Shown one piece after another: positions 56,746-64,000 of a DNA stretch of 64,000 bases. Below the pieces are notes generated by a model, which was not told the origin of the DNA, did no database searches, and was given only the letters and a program-made list of their open reading frames with translations. Made by a program: the position numbers and the translations under genes. This DNA is from Macrostomum lignano (Eukaryota). The stretch lies in assembly GCA_002269645.1 (NCBI GenBank), contig NIVC01000583.1:62001-126000 (forward strand), given 5' to 3'. Each line of letters begins with the position of its first letter. The first letter of the stretch is position 1.

Positions 56746-58783
56746 TCGCCATTTAAAGGTGAGGCATCCTTAAATTTGCAATTAGCTAATATTTCTAATT
56801 ATTTATTGCATAGTCATTAATTACTGATATTTTACAGACACAGTATTGGAGGAAACAGATGGACACATTCATGTACATGGATTAACAAACAAGATTAGCT
56901 ACAGATCAGAAACCAAACAGCAAACACAGCACAACAAAACCATGAACTGCAAGCAACAACAATAGCACTAACAGGAAAACAACACCAACTACGAAGAGGA
57001 CAACAAAATTGATGACACCTGCCTAACATGGCACGTGCGCCGGGATCTCTAAACAGTCCCTTCACAGTCAGGCCTGCAAAAGGATTCAGAAATTGAATTA
57101 AAGATCGAGAGAAAAGGACTAGAGAAAAAGCAGCAATTAAAAGCAATTGAGAGCGAGAGTAAGAATTGTTGACTTGGACTTTAGAGTGACTGCATGGGCA
57201 TGGGTATGCATGCAGTGAAACCCGCGTGTTGAACCAAATATTAATTAGCTGACCGTTTCAAATTCCATCAAATGTCCTCAGTTCCTGTCTTCATTCTTCT
57301 TAAAAAAGGATTGAGTTGAGAAGCTTTTTACAGTTCACCAAGCACCTTTCCCAACACTTAAGGGAATTCTCTCACAATACAAACTGCATTGAAACACTTA
57401 TAGAAGAAGTACAACTCACATAATGTGGTCTCAACTGTATAAATGCAGCGTTCCTGTCGCATTTTTAATTAATTATGCATGCAGATTGTGTGAACACTTT
57501 TTGCGGAAAAATACGCAGATTAGGAAAGGTGTATCTACCTTGTATTTTAGCTCTGTAAATGTATATTAAATTAATGTGGTCTTTGAGGACATGCATGTAC
57601 AAGAAAATGAAGGAAATGTATACTTAACATAATGTATACTTAATGTATACTTAATAATGTATTACTTAACTATTCAATTAGTTTTGTATATATCCTACGT
57701 ATAAATATCGAGGGCCTAAAAATAAAAAAATGGCACGGCTGGACGCATTGGTTTCTTGAATCTGTTTTATCATTATGTATCACATTTTGTCACACAGCCA
57801 TAAGCTAAGAATGATAAAATAGCTAGAATGAACAAATTTGGTCTCCTTTCTATCAAAATCAATAACATTTTTGTGCTTAAAAAAACGGAAAAACTCCTAC
57901 ATCTCTGTAATGTATTTTTTCGGTAAAACCTGCTTCCTAAAATTTTCCAAGAAACTTACGAGCTAGTTTCTCGTTCTTCTACTCGAGTAGTCCTCGGCGC
58001 GCACACGTACATACAATATATACGCAAAGTGTAACTCGGTCTAGGCCTATGTAGCTTACATGTACAACTACTTCTCTCATAGTCTCAGCTGATAGTTGGG
58101 CAAAGCTTGTGATGTGACTGAGTGGCCAAGGTAATGTTCCCTCGGTCTTAACTTGCGTCCCCTGGGTGCTTATTATCCAGGTACACGCCAAAGGCGTGGC
58201 CGCCATGCACTAGCCTCCTGCGTAAGAAAGTACACCCGGGAAAACTTTCGCTAATGAGACGGGGATCCAAGCCTGCTACGGGCAACGAATTTATTGGAGC
58301 CATATGTTCAGTCGTAGTGCCGGCTGATCTAAGGGACTGCGAGGTGACAAATAAAGTAGACATAGGGGATTCTTTTGACCTTGGAATGAGAGCGGTTGAG
58401 CAGGGCTCTGCTATTCCTTGGTTTTCCAGGGTTCTGATTCTGAGACAGAGGCAGCGCTAAACTTAGTTTTCCTCATCAACTGGCCATCCATTTTCGATTA
58501 AGTATAAGCGATCCAGGCCCCACAAAGATGCACGGCTGTCTCGTCGGAGCTGTTTGTGTTAATTTTAGTTCGACACACTGGGTTTTTTTCGTCAGAGACA
58601 AGGTGCAAAATCGCACCTTGTGCCAAATTTTTTAAAGCTCAGAGTGCAATTTCTCTTAAGTCTTGTTTCAGACAACTGGGAATGTTGTATAGACATATCT
58701 TACATAAGGCTATAGCCATAGGCTATATGACTTAATAGGATTTAAAGAGTTATTTTGTTTCATATTTTAAGGCAGTGCATGAA

Positions 58784-59142
58784 GGGGGCCGTAGCCCAGC
58801 GGTAGCGCAGCTGCTCTGGTGTGCCAGCGACCCAGGCTCGATTCCAAGTGCAGTCACATTAATTTGGGGCTGAATTGGAATCTCGGCTTGGCTCTGCTCG
58901 TGCAATTAACGGCCTTGAGAGCCAACCCCCCAAGGCGCAGTGAAGTGTACATGCCTAACGATAAATAAAGTTAGGGCCGCTGTACACTCCTGTGTGAGTG
59001 TGTGCCTGCGTACGTATCCGCGCGCTTGTATGCCTGCTCAGGGGAGTCGGCGGAATGGGCAGTAATGCCTCTCGCCGGTTGTGTGACAATGTCGCTTAAA
59101 GTGCGCCAGGGTGCACACAGCCCCCCCTGCCTCTAATAAAAA
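58784..59142 (+). mobile_element. tRNA-derived SINE with a 15-bp target-site duplication
   Basis: tRNA-like head with A box TAGCCCAGCGG and B box GGCTCGATTCC, an A-rich tail (taataaaaaaa), and TSD aaggcagtgcatgaa at 58769-58783 and 59143-59157. Confidence 0.88.
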
Positions 59143-61087
59143 AAGGCAGTGCATGAAAAATACCTTAAGCATGGTTAAGCCTTTAAAGAAAAATGGTTAT
59201 AAGACCACACCTACTTTTTTAATTTCAGGGTGCGATTTTAAAATTTAGGGTGCATACGCACACTCTGCGCACAAAAAAAACCCTGTCGACACATAAACCT
59301 CAATTCCTCCTCTACATCCTTGATTATCCAATGATTACTCGTCAAACGATGGCCAATAAGTCTGGAAGCAAATGAGTTGAAAAGCAAATGTTAAAAGCAT
59401 AGAACGATTGAAAGCACCTTAACTAGGTCTCTAGACCGACAGGTGAATTCTCGATGTGCTTGTGGCGGTACGGGCAATTCAAGGCGGCATAGCCGCATAG
59501 GCACCATGGCGTCGCTTGTTGACGTGAAGGCGAGTCGAACTGATGTTTGGGATGAGAGACTCATCTGATGCATAATTGGACCTTGAACTGCCCTGGGGTC
59601 GGCGTCGCCAAGCAACCGAGTGACATTACCTTGCCCAGCCGTACCGTGATTGGCTATAAAAAGATAGGGTGGGTGCGCGGTTTAGGTAGGGAAAATAAGA
59701 ACATCACATGACTTGGGAAAAATAGATTGCAGGAGGGGGAGTTTATTGATGCGTTCCAGTTCAGTGACTGAACAGAGAAGCGGAGGTTTAGGTGGGCCGA
59801 AAGGGGGGAGGGCTAGGCCAAAGGGATAATGAGTCATCATCATGAGTCAGTGAGTAATCTGTGGAAGGCGCCTAGATATCTAGTAGGGTTAGGATCGCGC
59901 TGGGCGAACGTGGGGAAAATATCAAATGTATCACGAAAATTTAATAGGGGCCTAGCAGCGCTGTTGCACGGTACATGTAACGAGTAAGCGCACTTAGGGG
60001 CGTTTTGATTGGCTAGAGGATCCTGTCAGCATAAAACTGCATGCTTATGGTCTGCTTTTTACATCATACATGCACTTTAAGACCGGGGATTGGAGATTAT
60101 TGAGTTTACTCTGCCCGTAATTGCTGCTATAATTCCATCTACGACTCCGTTCTTTAGGCCGCGTGATACGCTGAAATTAGTTAGGACCACATACATGCAT
60201 GTAAGGTTTATAGTACACTAGGGCGCTATTACACTACATGTAATTTACAATTTTGAGGGCGCAATTGGCTGCTGCAAAATAAATTAAAGGGGCGCACCTA
60301 ATTGCGTGATCCTCTGTCCAATCATTCTTGGTTCCCGTGTCTATTTGTTGTACATTGCAAACAATGTTATGTATGGCATGCACATGTATAGCACGCAATA
60401 TAGCACACCACGAGTTCTACAATGAAATGTAATGGCCCCGGCCATGCTGCATGATGCAGTCAGTTTTCGGATGAGGGCAAAGCTAGTATATTCGGATATA
60501 CCGGCCTTTTGCCTTTATACTGCCGTCATTAATTTTCACTTGAACCACACTATGAACTACGTATTTTCATGCCTTCTTTGCTTGCCGCAACTGCAAAATA
60601 CACCGTATTAATTAGCTGTTAGCGGTATGGTAGTGTATAGCGTTAGCCATTTGGCAATTTAAAACAAATAATCTAACTAAGCAGCAGAGTTACGGATAAT
60701 TCAAAAAAGCAATGATGCTATGCTCGATCAAAGTTTTTGAAAGTTATTCTAAAAGTTCATTTTTTGTTGTTAAATTGTGTAAAACGTGTGATAAATACGT
60801 ACTAATTTAAAGTGCTTTTCCAAGAAAAACTAATCAAATTTGAATCAATATAATACCAATTCAATACGATATTTCAATACTAGAGCTTAATAACAACAAG
60901 CACAAAAGTTTTTCAGTTGTCTCTTTGCGTCAAATATATGCCTTTCGTTTCTTCATGAAAATCTAACGAATTTTTAATGAAAAACATAAAAAAAGTTACA
61001 GCAGCATTCTCCCGTGAACTGCTCTAAAATTATTATAAATTTCAATTCAACTGAAGCATTCTTTAACTTGTATTCGATTGAACAGAA

Positions 61088-61210
61088 ATGATGGAGTATG
61101 GCAGTATATTGATGGAAGGTCCACTAAGCAAATGGACAAACGTTATGAATGGTTGGCAATTTCGCTGGTTTGTATTGGATAGATCTACTGCATTATTAAC
61201 TTATTATACA
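61088..61210 (+). CDS. OSBPL9: First coding exon (PH domain start) of an OSBPL9/ORP9-like oxysterol-binding protein; remainder lies beyond the window
   Basis: [29 protein letters not shown] followed by the donor gtgagt at 61211. Confidence 0.85.
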
Positions 61211-61555
61211 GTGAGTTTAATTGAGATTTCAGTTCAACGTTATATAATAATTGTCACGTTTCTAGTAGCTAATCAAATAGTAGCTATATATTATTCATAT
61301 ATATATATATCAATCCAACATTGGCTAACATTTTAGACATTTATTGATGTCATTGATAAATAGGTATATACACTTTAATAATATATAAAAAATAATGATG
61401 CTATATCATATTAGCTAGGCGGCTTAAGCCTAAATATTGATACAAAACTATATTTTCTATGCTTTGGATCATGTAGTATTATAGTAAATGCTCAAAAAAA
61501 TTAGCTTGCATTGGCCTTGCATGTCAAAAGTTTGATATGCACAGTAGTGTTCCAC

Positions 61556-62121
61556 TGTAGCCATAGCTACCCATAGTCAGGAAGGTGGCACAGTGTGCGC
61601 CAGAATAATTTTTTGGGACAATTTGTGCACCGTCTATGCGCCATTTGTGCGCCGTCTGTGCGTCACTCTTCACGAGTAGAGTTTTCTAAGAAAGGCTTTT
61701 GTACAATAAGTCTTTTTTAAAATATTTGGCATATTTGCATTTTAAACAAACTTAAATTATACCTACAAATAGAGTAATGCAAAATTAACGTTCTTAGCGA
61801 TAATTTATACTATTTTTTTACTGTTGATTTTTAAGAAGCAACAAGTTTATCACTAACTTTCTAGACTATACAAATCTCCTTTATTTTACATAAAATTGTT
61901 AATTTGCATTATAATTTTCATGCATGTTAGGGACCTTATGCATTGCAATTATGCACCGCATACGCTAGGGACCTCAGTGTGTGCCATGATTGTGTGCCAC
62001 ATGCGCCTGGGACCTCAGTGTGTGCCGCACTTGTGCGCCAATGTGTGCCAAGACCCTTTGTGTGCATGGGAATTTTCTCCCTCAGAGGCCACCTTTTTGA
62101 CTATGGGTAGCTACAGCTATA
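61556..62121. mobile_element. MITE-like element with imperfect terminal inverted repeats
   Basis: 61564-61589 (tagctacccatagtcaggaaggtggc) matches the reverse complement of 62088-62113 at 24 of 26 positions. Subterminal tgtgcgcc-like motifs flank an AT-rich core. No TSD was identified. Confidence 0.5.
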
Positions 62122-63399
62122 GGATCCTAGACCAAATATGGTAAAATAGGTGCCTATGGCAGCTACGGATACACCTACGGTAGCTAGCTGCTCTTATGGC
62201 TACCACTATGGAAATATGGTAGTTGCTATCATATTCTATAGATTCCCATATCTATAGTTATTACTATTAAAAAATTGAAAAAATATTAGAAACAGGTAGA
62301 ATAAAATAAAGATACTTTTAGTAAACTGTATTATCAACCTAGAAACTTATAAAATATATCTAAAAAAGTACAATAAAACACTAGAAAACTCTAATTTTAA
62401 TTAATATGAAAAAGTTTAGCGTTAGTACTTTCAGTAATGATTAAGTTTTGTTGCTCTGAAAAAAGACAAAATATAATCTTACAAGGGCAATCAAGTGTTT
62501 CTTTTATTTTCTAACTTAATTTACAGTTGTTTAAGCACTAGGTTATCTTCTTGATTTTAAATATTTTATTTTCTAGACTTTTTATTAAAACTACAGCTAC
62601 AGCTACAGGAACTACAGGAATATGGTAATTTTGGGGTCCCTACAACTACAGAACACGGAGAATTGGAATAAGCCATAGTTTTGCTTATGGCTACGGCTAC
62701 AGTACATGGACCCTCCTTACGGCAGAACATTAATGCACAGTTAGGCCTAGTATACATTAGGGAATATACTAGCAATCTAATGCAGCCCCCCTTTGGGGCA
62801 CCCAATAGGCAAAGAGCAAAAATATTTCATGGAAAACAATTAGAAAAGCATTTTTTCTTTAGAACCAATTCCTTTTTCACTTTTAAAAATCACTTTATTT
62901 ATATAAGTCAGTACCAGTCTCTATTAAAGTTAACAATATAGTTATGCAATATAAATAAATATTGTGTTATGCTTCCACACTGCATTTTTAATGCAGTGAT
63001 GCAATTCAATTCAGTATCAAAATTTAGCCAGTATACACCAACAATAAATAAATGTCTATTGTCATGCAATCTATTTTAGAATCAGAATTCAACCAGTCAG
63101 TTTTTTCTCTAGCATTCTTACAATGCTTTTCAAGTCAAAAGAGCTACTTGACCTTTGCAAAAAAAGCATGTTTTTCAAATATTTAATCCCTTTAGCATTT
63201 CTTAGCCACATTGTATATACCATCATAGAAAAAAATTCTGATCAAACAGTGAAAGTTCAAACAAGATTGGTTGTGCCGTTTGCTAAAATCAATCACATAT
63301 TTAGATATCTAGATAAATAGATACTGACAGACCATTTTTAGTATATGGATTCAAGCATACAAATATTAGAGATTTAGTATATTTAGATAGACTAGCCAA

Positions 63400-63990
63400 T
63401 TCCAACCCCCATTGGGGCTTTCTATCCAAACTCCAATCACAGTTTTTTCATGCAATAAAATTTACCCAATTAAATCCTCTATCTATAAAATCCCCAGTGT
63501 AAAGAATCTCACATGCAAAGAATCTCCCATCCAAAGAACCCCTCATCAATAGAATCCCCAATCCAAAGAATTCCCTAGATCCATTCCCATCTTAAGAATT
63601 CCCCATCAAACGAATTGCCCATATATTAGAAGCATTCCTCACCCAAGGAATCATTAATCCATAGAATTCCCCACCAAGACTTAACATCTCAGAAATTCCC
63701 CAAGCCTTGACACCTCAGAAATTCCCTCCAAGCATTGCCATCTCAGCAATTCCAGTGCAAAACTTGGCATCCTACCAAATACTCCCTATCCAAAGCCTTG
63801 ACATCTCAGTAATTCCCCTCCCCAAGCCTTCACATCTCAGTAATTCCCCTCTCCAAGCCTTGACATCTTAGTAATCCCTCCCCAAGACTTGGCATCTCAG
63901 AAATCTCCCTTAAGCCTTGAAATCTCAGCAATTCCCTCCCCCAAGCCTTGACATCTCAGAAATTCCCTACAAGCTTTGACATCTCAGCGA
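63400..63990. repeat. Degenerate ~27-29-bp minisatellite (ccaagccttgacatctcagaaattccc)
   Basis: Copies become more homogeneous toward the window end. Confidence 0.8.
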
Positions 63991-64000
63991 TTTGGGCCCA

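Noticed and set aside
57980-58460. Degenerate gypsy RT (TLENQGIAEP..VYLDN)
   Set aside because: Motif spacing is too short and other RT motifs are missing.
58784-58860. Functional tRNA gene
   Set aside because: No canonical anticodon or acceptor stems; the 300-bp body, A tail and TSD indicate a SINE.
59380-60060. Solo LTR with a PBS-like TGGCGAC on the minus strand
   Set aside because: No partner LTR, no clear TG..CA boundaries or TSD, and no coding remnant.

Overview
Eukaryotic (metazoan) genomic DNA with GT-AG introns; there is no prokaryotic or CRISPR content. GC-rich coding exons sit among AT-rich spacers, and most longer introns are filled with minisatellites. This style resembles Macrostomum-type flatworm assemblies (inference, not verified). 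Hand-spliced gene models on the minus strand: NDUFAF5-like (2442-6352), GMPPB (9610-11073) and a TGFBRAP1/Vps3-like CNH-domain gene (12841-21965, 5' exon not found). On the plus strand: a class A orphan GPCR (30583-32200), a CAPN5/6 (TRA-3)-type calpain lacking the catalytic Cys and His (39854-45033), an alpha-arrestin (46493-55366) and the first coding exon of an OSBPL9-like gene (61088-61210). Mobile DNA: a near-intact Ty3/gypsy LTR retrotransposon (33968-38632, 257-bp LTRs, 5-bp TSD, inserted inside a minisatellite), a frameshifted DD37D (maT) transposase, a foldback-like element, a LINE 3' fragment, a tRNA-derived SINE with a 15-bp TSD, and a MITE-like element. About 30 tandem arrays are present. 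The most interesting points are an intron apparently built from a splice-signal-bearing repeat, a 28-bp minisatellite at three loci with shared variant units, a candidate -1 frameshift between protease and RT, the pseudo-calpain, and a possible spliced antisense transcript inside the arrestin intron. All coordinates were counted by hand, and array edges are approximate.
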